NCBI GenBank assembly: GCA_965224245.1 | Contig: OZ245046.1 | Location: 2,848,001-2,912,000, forward strand | Length of the DNA: 64,000 nucleotides | Origin: Candidatus Eiseniibacteriota bacterium | Lineage (GTDB): Bacteria; Eisenbacteria; RBG-16-71-46; CAZAMP01 | Direction of reading: 5' to 3' | In this document: positions 9,974 to 19,288 of the stretch, in pieces | Layout of the letters: each line of letters starts with the position of its first letter | Numbering within the stretch: the first letter of the stretch is position 1 | Notes under the pieces: model-generated | What the model was told of the DNA's origin: nothing | Databases searched by the model: none | The model's input: only the letters and a program-made list of their open reading frames with translations | Program-made: the position numbers and the translations under genes

Positions 9974-12648
9974 CCGGTGTTTCGCATCCCGGCCGCGATG
10001 CCGTTCGCGGTCACGACGAACGCCGCGGCGAGCGTCTCACGAGCGCGCGGATCGTCGCCGGCGCGCAGCCGGCGCAGCACCTCGACCTGCACGAGGTTGA
10101 TCGGATCCACGTAGGGATTGCGCACGCCGATGGACCGGGTCAGGACCGCGCTGTCCTGGAGAAGCGCGTCCCGCCGGCGACAGGACAGGACCGCGCGCCG
10201 CGTTCGCTCGAACGCCTCGTGCAGGTCCCGTCCGATCGGTCGGAGCGCCTCGTCCACGAGGACGGACTGGTAGTGAGCGCTGATCCGTGTCTCCACCTTG
10301 GCCAGCACCATCTCGACGAGATCCAGGGTCGTGGCGAAGAACGGCCACTCGCGAGCCATCTCGCCCAGGTCGGAGGCGCCGCTCACCGCGTCGCGCGGCG
10401 AGTCTTCACCGCCGTGCCCCGCGGCCGCGAGTGCCCGATCGGTTCCCAGCCAGCCCGGAAGCAGGAGCCGCATCTGCATCCACGCGAACACCCACGGGAT
10501 CGCGCGCAGCGACTCGAGATCGTCGGTGGGCGCGCGGCGGGCCGGCCGACTCCCGATGTTGATCAGACCCAGCTCGGGCTCCGGCGTCGCCTGCCGGAAG
10601 AAGCGAACGAAGCCCGGTCGCGCCAGGGTCTCGCGATACGCCCCTGCCCCGGCGGCCGCGATCTCGTCCATGCACGCGCGCCACGTGGGCTTCGGGGCCG
10701 CCGGCGGAATCAGCGTCGCCTCCAGCGTCGCGGTCACGTAGAGCTCGAGCGTCCGGAGCGCGATGTCCGTGAGCCCGAACTTGCCCTGTATGGCCTCGCC
10801 CTGCTCCGTGACGCGAAGCCGCCCCGCCACCGTCCCCGGCGGCTGGGATCGGATCGCGTGATGCGTCGGTCCTCCGCCGCGGCCGATCGAGCCTCCCCGA
10901 CCGTGGAACAGGGTCAGCCGCACGCCGGCACTCCCGGCCACCGAGAGGAGCGACTCCTGGGCGCCGTAGAGCGCCCAGGCCGCGGCGAGCCGCCCGCAGT
11001 CCTTGGCCGAGTCCGAGTAGCCCAGCATCACCTCGATCCGATCCCCGATGCGGGTGCGTGCCTCGTCGATCCCGAGGAGATCGGTCATCGTGACCGGAGC
11101 GGCATCGAGGTCGTCCAGCGTCTCGAACAGCGGGACGATGCGGAGCGGAGACGTCACGCGCGCGGCATGCTGAAGTGCCATCACCGCCAGCACGTCGGAC
11201 GTCGCCGCCGCGTGCGAGATGACGTACGCCCCGAACGACTCGGGCTCCTGGGCGGCGATCATCGCGAACGTGTCGAGCACCTCGCGCACGTCCTCGCCGG
11301 CGTTCCCGGCCTCCAGCGTCAACGGACGCCGATCCGACAGCACGTCCACGAGGTAGGCCCGGCGGCCGGCCTCGTCGAGCGACCCGTAGTCCCCGTGCCC
11401 CTGCGCTCGCGCGAGCGCGGCTATCGCCGCGTGGTGGCGCGAGGCATCCTGGCGCACGTCGAGCCGCGCCAGGACCAGCCCGAAGGCCTCGAGCCTCCAG
11501 AGGAGGTCACGGAGCCGGCCGTGCGCCAAGACACCGGCGCCACGCGCGTGGAGCGAACGCCAGCACGCGTCGAGCGGCTCGCGCAGCTCGTTCGCTTCGC
11601 GGTAGATCGGGCCGGGTGGTGGCTCGACTCCCCGGTAGCGCGCGTCGCACCACGCGATCGTTCGCTCCAGTCGGTCCTGGACCTCGCGCAGGATCACCCG
11701 GTAGGGCTCGCGCGCACCGCCGGCCCGCGTGATCACCTCGGGGGTGGCGCGATCCAGCGAGAGCTCCATGCGAAGCGCCGCGACCTCGTCCCGGTACAGC
11801 GAGGCCGCCATCCAGCGCGTGAGAAAGCAGGTGCGCCGCGTCACCTCGGCGGTGACGTTGGGATTGCCGTCGCGGTCTCCGCCCATCCACGAGCCGAACG
11901 TGACCGGGACCGCGTCGAGCTCCAGCGGCTCCGCCCCGTGTGCGACCAGCACGCGATTCAGCAGCGCGAGCAGCTTCGGCACCGTGGCCCAGAGCGATTG
12001 CTCGAAGACCAGAAGGCCCGACCGCGCCTCGTCGAGCGGATCCGGTCGTTCGTGCCGTACCTCGTCGGTGCACCATATCGACGTGATGACGCGCTCGAGC
12101 GACTCGCGAACGGCGTCTCGCTCCTCGGGCAGGAGATCGGAGCGATCACGCTCGGCCAGGAGCCGGCCGATCTCCGCGTACTGCTGCAGCAGCGTGCGCC
12201 GGTTGATCTCCGTCGGGTGTGCGGTCAGGACCAGTTCGACCCGCATCGAGCGGATCGTCTCTCGCACGACGTCGATCTCGATGCCGGCATCGATGAGCCG
12301 GCGCACGGACTCCTCGATCGAGCCGCGCTGGGGTCGCCCGTCGGATGCCAGCCGATAGTCTCGGCGGCGGCGAATGCGATGATGCTGCTCGGCGATGTTG
12401 GCCAGCGACAGGAAGTGGGAGAACGCACGAGCAATCGGCACGGTCTCGCCGATCGGAAGCGCCGCCATGAAGTCGCGAAGCCGCTCCCAGGCTCGGTCAT
12501 CCCCGGTGGCCGCGGTCTTCGAGAGCTCCCGCACCCGTTCCACGGTCTCGAGGAGCATGTCTCCGCCATGCGCGCGCAACGTCTCGCCCAGGATGACGCC
12601 GAGCATGCGCACGTCGTCGCGAAGTGGCGCGTGAGGGTCATTCGTCAC
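9970..12648 (-). CDS. ppc: Phosphoenolpyruvate carboxylase
   Basis: Signature motifs VLTAHPTE, SWMGGDRDGNP, VMLGYSDSAKD, FHGRGGSIGRGG, LRAIPWVFAW and C-terminal GIAAGMRNTG. GTG start at 12648 follows an AAGGAAG RBS. Confidence 0.97.
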   Translation of the reverse strand: MTNDPHAPLRDDVRMLGVILGETLRAHGGDMLLETVERVRELSKTAATGDDRAWERLRDFMAALPIGETVPIARAFSHFLSLANIAEQHHRIRRRRDYRLASDGRPQRGSIEESVRRLIDAGIEIDVVRETIRSMRVELVLTAHPTEINRRTLLQQYAEIGRLLAERDRSDLLPEERDAVRESLERVITSIWCTDEVRHERPDPLDEARSGLLVFEQSLWATVPKLLALLNRVLVAHGAEPLELDAVPVTFGSWMGGDRDGNPNVTAEVTRRTCFLTRWMAASLYRDEVAALRMELSLDRATPEVITRAGGAREPYRVILREVQDRLERTIAWCDARYRGVEPPPGPIYREANELREPLDACWRSLHARGAGVLAHGRLRDLLWRLEAFGLVLARLDVRQDASRHHAAIAALARAQGHGDYGSLDEAGRRAYLVDVLSDRRPLTLEAGNAGEDVREVLDTFAMIAAQEPESFGAYVISHAAATSDVLAVMALQHAARVTSPLRIVPLFETLDDLDAAPVTMTDLLGIDEARTRIGDRIEVMLGYSDSAKDCGRLAAAWALYGAQESLLSVAGSAGVRLTLFHGRGGSIGRGGGPTHHAIRSQPPGTVAGRLRVTEQGEAIQGKFGLTDIALRTLELYVTATLEATLIPPAAPKPTWRACMDEIAAAGAGAYRETLARPGFVRFFRQATPEPELGLINIGSRPARRAPTDDLESLRAIPWVFAWMQMRLLLPGWLGTDRALAAAGHGGEDSPRDAVSGASDLGEMAREWPFFATTLDLVEMVLAKVETRISAHYQSVLVDEALRPIGRDLHEAFERTRRAVLSCRRRDALLQDSAVLTRSIGVRNPYVDPINLVQVEVLRRLRAGDDPRARETLAAAFVVTANGIAAGMRNTG

Positions 12649-12754
12649 GTGGGCTTCCTTCGGGCTCCGACTCCTCGCCGGGCCTGGCACGGCTGCCTCC
12701 TCGCCCCTGATTGCAAACGAATGTATCACAAGCCCTTAGACACACCTAGACGCG

Positions 12755-12805
12755 CGTCGCTCCGGCGGCGTCGCTCCGGCGGCGTCGCTCCGGCTGACGG
12801 CGTGG
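12755..12805. repeat. Short tandem repeat CGTCGCTCCGGC(GG) x3; last copy duplicates 12841-12863
   Basis: Read directly: cgtcgctccggcgg cgtcgctccggcgg cgtcgctccggctgacggcgtgg. Confidence 0.85.
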
Positions 12806-12817
12806 GGTTCCAGTGCC

Positions 12818-12960
12818 GGGTCGACGAGGGTGGGGCGCTCCGTCGCTCCGGCTGACGGCGTGGCCGTGAGATCGGGTGGGGGCATCACTTCGTGTCGGAG
12901 CGGCTTTGCGAGACACCGGTGTCGCACGAGTCGCGACTCCGGCCCCACCCTCGCCGACCC
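12818..12960 (-). repeat. Solo, inverted, diverged copy of the 144-bp hairpin element (19-bp terminal inverted repeat)
   Basis: Core gtgagatcgggtgggggcatcacttcgtgtcggagcggc is the reverse complement of the array core. Arms 12818-12836 and 12942-12960 pair at 18/19 positions. Confidence 0.85.
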
Positions 12961-13270
12961 TACGTCGGGGGCCCGGGGCCGAGCGGCCATCGCACGGGGT
13001 CGGTCACGCCTGACGCCGGCATCGACCGCGGCGGTCCGGCTCAGCGGGTGACGTCACCACGCATGGCTGCGGCGGACGCACGATGCGCGGTCGTGACCGC
13101 TCACCGCTGGACACCGTGCGACCCGTGGCCCGCCAGCGGAGCACGTGTACCCGAGTACACGGCGACCGAAAGCCGACTGGACGGGGCGATCTCCGTGCCC
13201 CTCACATCGTCGGATGCGCAACTCCGGCGTACCTGTCACCCGCCGCAGAAACCGATGCGAGCCGAACGCC

Positions 13271-14126
13271 CCCCCGGCGCTCCCGACACGCGCCCCCGCC
13301 GTCGGGAACACCCGGGTGCAACACCCCACGAGGACCCCCGCACCCAATCGGCACCCCCGACGCCGACCCCGGAAAACACTCCCGAGACCCCCACCGCGTG
13401 AGGGAGCGACGGGGGTGGTGTCGCCGGAGCGACTGATGCGACCCCCACGTCCCCCGGAGCCCCTCCGACACGAAATGATGCCCCCACCCGATCTCACGCC
13501 CACACCGCCAGCCGGAGCGCAGGCGACACCACCCCCGACGCTCCCGACACGCGCCCCCGCCGTCGGGAACACCCGGGTGCAACACGCCACGAGCACCCCC
13601 GCGGCCAATCGGCACCCCCGACGCACCCCCCGGAAACACTCCCGAGACCCCCCCCGCGTGAGGGAGCGGCGGGGGTGGTGTCGCCGGAGCGACTGATGCG
13701 ACCCCACGTCCCCCCGGAGCCGCTCCGACACGAAATGATGCCCCCAACCGATCTCACGCCCACACCGCCAGCCGGAGCGCAGGCGACACCACCCCCGTCG
13801 CTCCCGACACGCGCCCCCGCCGTCGGGAACACCCGGGTGCAACACGCCACGAGCACCCCCGCGGCCAATCGGCACCCCCGACGCACCCCCCGGAAAACAC
13901 TCCCGAGACCCCCCCCCGCGTGAGGGAGCGGCGGGGGTGGTGTCGCCGGAGCGACTGATGCGACCCCCACGTCCCCCCGGAGCCGCTCCGACACGAAATG
14001 ATGCCCCCACCCGATCTCACGCCCACACCGCCAGCCGGAGCGCAGGCGACACCACCCCCGACGCTCCCGACACGCGCCCCCGAGGGAACGCTGGCGACAC
14101 CACCCCCGGCGCTCCCGACACGCGCC
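13271..14126 (+). repeat. Tandem array of three ~261-bp units plus partial arms; each unit has a 144-bp element with 24-bp terminal inverted repeats (REPIN/BIME/MITE-like)
   Basis: Units at about 13271-13531, 13532-13791 and 13792-14054. Arms gggagcgRcgggggtggtgtcgcc / ggcgacaccacccccgWcgctccc (e.g. 13402-13425 with 13522-13545). Confidence 0.9.
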
Positions 14127-14222
14127 ACGGACACGCGCCCCCGACCACGCTTGCGGCGCGGAACCATCGCCGTTTAGACTCGCGGTCCATCCATGTCGTT
14201 TCGCTCATGAGGAGGTCTCGCC

Positions 14223-14393
14223 ATGCCAGGACGCCGCATGGCCCGGAGCGACGCTCCGTACGTCGTGCCATCGGATCCCAACGGCGAGATCATCGGTCGG
14301 AGCGAGATGTACTCGTCGAAGTCGGTGTGCGAGAAGGGAACCTCTTCGGTCAAACGCAACGCCCGTGGCGCCCGCATCGAAGATCTCACGTGA
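14223..14393 (+). CDS. YegP/DUF1508-family small protein (56 aa; not in ORF track; N-terminus looks degenerate)
   Basis: GAGGAGG RBS, then MPGRRMARSDAPYVVPSDPNGEIIGRSEMYSSKSVCEKGTSSVKRNARGARIEDLT*. Matches the DUF1508 pattern NGEII.xSE.Y.SK...E.GI.SVK.NA. Confidence 0.75.
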   Translation: MPGRRMARSDAPYVVPSDPNGEIIGRSEMYSSKSVCEKGTSSVKRNARGARIEDLT

Positions 14394-14485
14394 TCGATCC
14401 GGGGCGACAGTCGCTCTCGCCCGGCGATCCGACGATCCCGGGGATCGTCATGCTCGCGTCAACATCCACCCCGTGAGAGACGTCC

Positions 14486-16018
14486 ATGTCCCGTGTCCTC
14501 GGCCCTCACCCCCTTCGCACCCTCGCGTCGCTCGCACGCGGATCGGCGGGAATCTCGGTGCCACCCCCGTGTCGTGACGCGGTCGACGCGTCGCGCCGGC
14601 TCGTCGAGGAGATCCTGACCGAGGATGTCGCCGTCTACGGCGTGAACACCGGGTTCGGCAAGCTCGCCGACCGCTCGATCTCGCGCGACGAGCTGGAGAC
14701 GCTCCAGCGAAACCTGGTCCTCTCGCATGCCTCCGGCGTCGGCGCCCCGCTCGGCGCGCGCACGGTCCGGCTGGTCCTGGCGCTGAAGCTATCGAGTCTC
14801 GCGCGAGGCGCATCGGGGGTCCGCTGGGAGATCCTGGAGCTTCTCGAGGCCATGCTCGAGCGGGACGTCGTTCCCGTCGTGCCGTCGCAGGGCTCGGTGG
14901 GCGCGTCGGGCGATCTGGCGCCGCTCGCCCATCTGGCGTCGGTGCTGATCGGACACGGCGAGGCCGAGGTGGCGGGCCGTCGGCTTCCCGCCCGTGAGGC
15001 CCTGGCTTCGGTCGGCCTCGAGCCCGTGACCCTCCACCCGAAGGAAGGCCTCGCTCTCATCAACGGGACGCAGGTCTCCACCGCGCTGGCCATCGAGGCG
15101 CTCGTCGACACCGAACGGCTGTTTCACACCGCGCTCGTCACCGGCGCTCTCAGCATCGACGCCGCACTCGGCTCGGACGGGCCGTTCGGTCCTACAGTTC
15201 ATCGCCTGCGAGGCCATCGGGGCCAGATCGACGTGGCCGCCGCGCTCACCCGGCTGATCGCGGGGAGCCAGATTCGAGAGTCCCATCGTGCGTGCACGCG
15301 CGTGCAGGATCCCTACTCGCTTCGCTGCATGCCGCAGGTGATGGGCGCGTGTCTCGACCAGCTGCGACACGCGGCCTCGGTGCTGGCGATCGAGTCCACC
15401 GCCGTGACCGACAACCCGCTCGTCCTCGTCGAGGATCGCGCGATCGTATCCGGCGGCAACTTCCACGCCGAGCCCGTCGCGCTCGTGGCCGATCAGATGG
15501 CGATTGCGATCGCGGAGATCGGCTCACTCTCCGAGCGGCGCGTGGCCCTCCTCGTGGATCCGGCGCTGAGCGGGCTGCCTCCGTTCCTGACGCCGGACGC
15601 CGGCGTCAACTCCGGCTACATGATCGCGCAGGTGACCGCGGCGGCCCTCGTGTCCGAGAACAGACAACGCAGCCACCCCGCGTCGGTGGACAGCATTCCG
15701 ACCAGCGCCAACCAGGAGGACCACGTGTCGATGGCCACGCACGGGGCTCGCCGGCTGCTCGACATGGTGGCGAACCTCCGGAGCGTGCTGGCCGTCGAGC
15801 TCCTGGTCGCCGCACAGGGCGTGCACCTTCGCGCACCGCTGGTCACGAGCGCGCCGCTGGCGTCGGTCCTGGCCGTACTCCGTGAGCGTGTTCCGCCGCT
15901 CGACTCCGATCGCCTGATGGCTCCCGACATCGACGCGGCGGCCGCGCTGATTGAATCGGGGACGATCACGGCCGCCGTGGGATCGGTCTCGATGCCCGAC
16001 ATCCTCGAGCCGGTCTGA
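14486..16018 (+). CDS. hutH: Histidine ammonia-lyase
   Basis: [19 protein letters not shown]-forming [48 protein letters not shown]. Confidence 0.95.
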   Translation: MSRVLGPHPLRTLASLARGSAGISVPPPCRDAVDASRRLVEEILTEDVAVYGVNTGFGKLADRSISRDELETLQRNLVLSHASGVGAPLGARTVRLVLALKLSSLARGASGVRWEILELLEAMLERDVVPVVPSQGSVGASGDLAPLAHLASVLIGHGEAEVAGRRLPAREALASVGLEPVTLHPKEGLALINGTQVSTALAIEALVDTERLFHTALVTGALSIDAALGSDGPFGPTVHRLRGHRGQIDVAAALTRLIAGSQIRESHRACTRVQDPYSLRCMPQVMGACLDQLRHAASVLAIESTAVTDNPLVLVEDRAIVSGGNFHAEPVALVADQMAIAIAEIGSLSERRVALLVDPALSGLPPFLTPDAGVNSGYMIAQVTAAALVSENRQRSHPASVDSIPTSANQEDHVSMATHGARRLLDMVANLRSVLAVELLVAAQGVHLRAPLVTSAPLASVLAVLRERVPPLDSDRLMAPDIDAAAALIESGTITAAVGSVSMPDILEPV

Positions 16019-16027
16019 GCCGGTCGA

Positions 16028-17782
16028 TCACCGGAGAACCGTGAGCCGCCGCGTCGACGCGCCGTCGGGCGTCGTCAATCGAACACCGTAGATCCCCGGC
16101 GGCAGACCCGACGTATCCACGAGGATCTCGTTCGCTCCCGGGGGCGCCGGTCGGGCCGCGATGGTCCGGACCTCGCGCCCCCGGGCGTCGAAGAGCGCCA
16201 GTCGGACCTCACCCGCGCGCGCCAGCGTGAACCCGAGTCGGGACACGCCGCGCGACGGGTTCGGGGCCGGCGGTGCCAGACGAGGCCCGGGCCACGACGC
16301 CGGCGTCGAAACCGCCAGGACGTCTCCCTCGACGATCGTCAGGTGCTGGCGCACCGGCAGGTTCGTGTACGTCTCCTCGAGCCCGGACGGCCAGCGAACC
16401 GAGAGGCTCGTGACCACCGAGGCATCACCCAGTCCGAAGTCGGCCGCAAGCGAGCTCTGCGCGTTGTACCCGGTCTGACCGGACACCTCGCGCATCTGCG
16501 TGCGCGACGTGCCCCCGATCGTCGCCTCGACCTCGACCCGCGTCCCGATGGCGGACGGGTTCGACACGGTGCCGACGCAGGTGACCGAGAGCCAGGCGTT
16601 CGCGGGACCGAGGTCGTTTCGGTAGAGATAGTTGCTCTGTGCGACGGGCTGATCGCCGTTGGTGACGAAGAGATCCAGATCGCCGTCCGCGTCCACGTCA
16701 CACCAGGTGGATCCATTCGATCGCCCGCCGTCGCCCACCGGCGGGCCCGACACGACCGCCGTGAAACCGCCGGATCCGTCGTTCAGGAAGAACGCGTTGC
16801 TCTCGTTCAGATCTCGTGAGACGAAGAGGTCGAGATCGCCGTCGTTGTCGCTGTCGCCGAACGCCCCGCAGACCGACGCGCCACCGGACGTGACCACCGG
16901 ACCCGTGACGATCCGGACGAAGACGCCGGCGCCCTCGTTCCGGTACAGGAAGTCGTTCTCGCCGGAGTAGTTCGTCACGAAGAGATCGAGATCCAGATCT
17001 CCGTCGAGGTCCCCCCAGCTTCCGCCGACCGAGTTGCCGCCGTCGGTGGTGACGGGTGTGCCGACGACGGCGACGAGCGAGCCTCCGTCGTTTCGATAGA
17101 GGAAGTTGTTCGCCCCGGCGCCGAAGTTCGCGTTGGCCACGAAGAGATCCGGATCCCCGTCGTCGTCGTAGTCCCCGAAGGCCGAGCCGAGCGACGCGCC
17201 GCCGGCGGTGACGGCGTCACCGGCGAGGATCTTCTCGAAGACCCCGCCGCCCAGGTTCCGGTAGAGCGCGTTGTTCTGGCCGAAGTTGGCCACGAAGAGA
17301 TCCAGATGCCCGTCGCCGTCCACGTCGGCCGGGCAGGCGCTCCAGGATCCGGCGGCGTCGGTCACGAGCACGCCGGTGGTCACGCGCTCGAGGATGCCCG
17401 CGCCGTCGTTCACGTAGAAGAAGTTCGGCACGACGAGGCTGCCGCCACCGTTCACGACCACCAGATCGGGCCATCCATCCCCGGTGAAGTCGGCGAACGA
17501 GCCTCCGTACGAGAAGCCGCCATCCACCACCGGATCCCCGGACAGCTCCTGGGTGAACGATCCCGCGCCGTCGTTCAGATAGAGGAGGTTGTTCTGCGAG
17601 ATGATGTTCGTGACCGCGAGGTCGGGCGAGCCGTCACCGTCCACGTCGTTCCAGAGACAGCCCTCGGAGTAGCGCCCGTCGGTGACGAGAGGGCCGGTGA
17701 CGATGCGGACGAACGGCTGCGCGTCCGCGATGGAGCCGATCGCGAGCGCCAGCGCCGCCGCCAGCGAGAGTCGATGGGTCAT
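16028..17782 (-). CDS. Secreted FG-GAP repeat / ASPIC-UnbV (CRTAC1-like) protein with T9SS/FlgD-like CTD
   Basis: Signal peptide, repeated DxDGDGDxDLFV.N...N.LYRN, 'AIGTRVEV...FGLG...VRWPSG', C-terminal 'PNPSRG...LFDARGREV...PGIY'. Confidence 0.9.
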   Translation of the reverse strand: MTHRLSLAAALALAIGSIADAQPFVRIVTGPLVTDGRYSEGCLWNDVDGDGSPDLAVTNIISQNNLLYLNDGAGSFTQELSGDPVVDGGFSYGGSFADFTGDGWPDLVVVNGGGSLVVPNFFYVNDGAGILERVTTGVLVTDAAGSWSACPADVDGDGHLDLFVANFGQNNALYRNLGGGVFEKILAGDAVTAGGASLGSAFGDYDDDGDPDLFVANANFGAGANNFLYRNDGGSLVAVVGTPVTTDGGNSVGGSWGDLDGDLDLDLFVTNYSGENDFLYRNEGAGVFVRIVTGPVVTSGGASVCGAFGDSDNDGDLDLFVSRDLNESNAFFLNDGSGGFTAVVSGPPVGDGGRSNGSTWCDVDADGDLDLFVTNGDQPVAQSNYLYRNDLGPANAWLSVTCVGTVSNPSAIGTRVEVEATIGGTSRTQMREVSGQTGYNAQSSLAADFGLGDASVVTSLSVRWPSGLEETYTNLPVRQHLTIVEGDVLAVSTPASWPGPRLAPPAPNPSRGVSRLGFTLARAGEVRLALFDARGREVRTIAARPAPPGANEILVDTSGLPPGIYGVRLTTPDGASTRRLTVLR

Positions 17783-17900
17783 GTGGAGTCCGTTTCGTCG
17801 GAGGTTCGTCCGGTATGAACGGCGGCAGCGACGGTCAGTCTACCATCGAGGTGTAGCCGCGCGCGGCGCCGTGCGCGGCACGGGGGCGTGTATTCAGAGG

Positions 17901-19050
17901 TCAGAAACGGTCGGGACGACTCAGCGACCAGAGCTCCGCGAGGTCACGCGGCCCGCCGCCGGCCAGGAGCGCACCGGGCTCGACCGGGGGATAGATCTCG
18001 TCGAACCGCCGGATCGCCTCGTGTTGCACTTCGCGGCCTGGATGCACCCGAGCGCGAGCATCGTGCCGCGTGCCGAGTTGCAGAGATCGGCGCCCAGGGC
18101 CAGCTGGCGCACGATGTGAAACCCCGTGGTGATCTTCCCCGCGGAGATCACGCGGACCCGATCGCGGAGCCCGGTGCCCACGAGCGCGTTGTGCACGAAC
18201 GACAGCCCCTCGGTCAGGAGCGCCCCCACCGAGTTGGAGAACTCGAGCGGCGCCGCCCCCGTTCCGCCCTCGGCGCCATGCCGCCGTGACCGGGCTTCGC
18301 GCCCTGCGAGAGCTCGAGCTCGATCATCCGCACACTCTCGCGACGCGCGTTCTCGGTGAAGCTATCGGCGTCGAAGTCGCCGCTCTCGCTTCGACAGCCG
18401 ACGTACCCGGTGCCGACCGGCCACACGAGACCCCCGGCCTCCAAGTGGTAGGGGCTGATGCCGCCCTCACCGGTGTCGTGATGGAAGCCGCCCTTCCCCG
18501 CCCCGCGGTTCGAGGCCCGGATGGCGCTCGGACTCAGGGATCCGAAGCTCATCGCCGAGACGTTCAGGATCGACGCCTCATCGGGCTTCGTGACGCCGAC
18601 GCTGCCGATCCGCGCGCGCTCCTCGTCGTGGGACGGGACCCGGGCTGCCAGGGAGTGACCGATCCACTCGTAGCCCGGCGCGTTGACGTCGTGCCGTGTC
18701 CCGAACGGGAGCGAGTCCAGCTGGTCCTTCGAGCGCCGGTAGACGATCGTGCGCCGCTCGCGGCTGAGCGGCGTCTCCTCGGAATCGGACTCGATGAAGT
18801 ACTGGCGGATCTCGGGCCGGATGGACTCCAGCATGAAGCGAACGTCGCCGATCACCGGGAAGTCTGGTCGGACGCTCTGGCGGGTCTGCGGCATGTCCCG
18901 GACGCCGATCGTCGCGTAGGACAGGAACACCACCAGCGTCATCGCCCACCACCACGAGACGAGCGCGACGAGTGCGGAGGTGGCGATCGCCCCCACGATC
19001 ACGCTCCACGTGAACGTATCGTGGAATACTCGGGTAATGCATGGTGCCAT
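17901..19050 (-). pseudogene. FMN-binding glutamate synthase family (GltB2-like) pseudogene with two internal deletions/frameshifts
   Basis: Three fragments in different frames: ...IRPEIRQYFIE...SAMSFGSLS...DTGEGG...SQGAKPGHGG | GAEGGTGAAPLEFSN...GCIQAAKCNT | ...FDEIYPPVEPGALL...W...PDRF*. Confidence 0.85.
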
Positions 19051-19288
19051 GGCCTCGGGGTCCATCCAACAGTGCGAAGCAAGCGGGAGGTCGGTCAGCC
19101 ATCTCATCCGCTGACGCGAATCGTGTGCTCCAGCCTCGGCCGGAGATCCTGGGGACGACACGCCGGGTCGGCGGTACACGCGTGGCACCACGCGATCGAC
19201 GGCGTGCCTCGCGGAGGATCGGAGGACACCCATACCGCCCGTCGACGCACGCCCTGGCTCCCGACGCGCGTGGACCCCGTGCGCGACT

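Noticed and set aside
8000-12855. Long plus-strand ORFs (704 and 878 aa), and similar ones at 26170-29391, 54870-56888, 59199-61832
   Set aside because: Antisense shadows of real genes caused by high-GC codon bias.
13433-13476. Hammerhead ribozyme (CTGATGCG...CGAAA in each unit)
   Set aside because: Core is CUGAUGC not CUGANGA, I could not build stems II/III, and the solo copy lacks both motifs.
13271-14126. CRISPR array
   Set aside because: Units are ~261 bp and near-identical throughout, with no unique spacers and no cas genes in the window.
12892-14476. ORFs of 80-320 aa across the repeat region
   Set aside because: Pro/Arg/Gly-rich translations that change frame between units; no RBS or domain signal.
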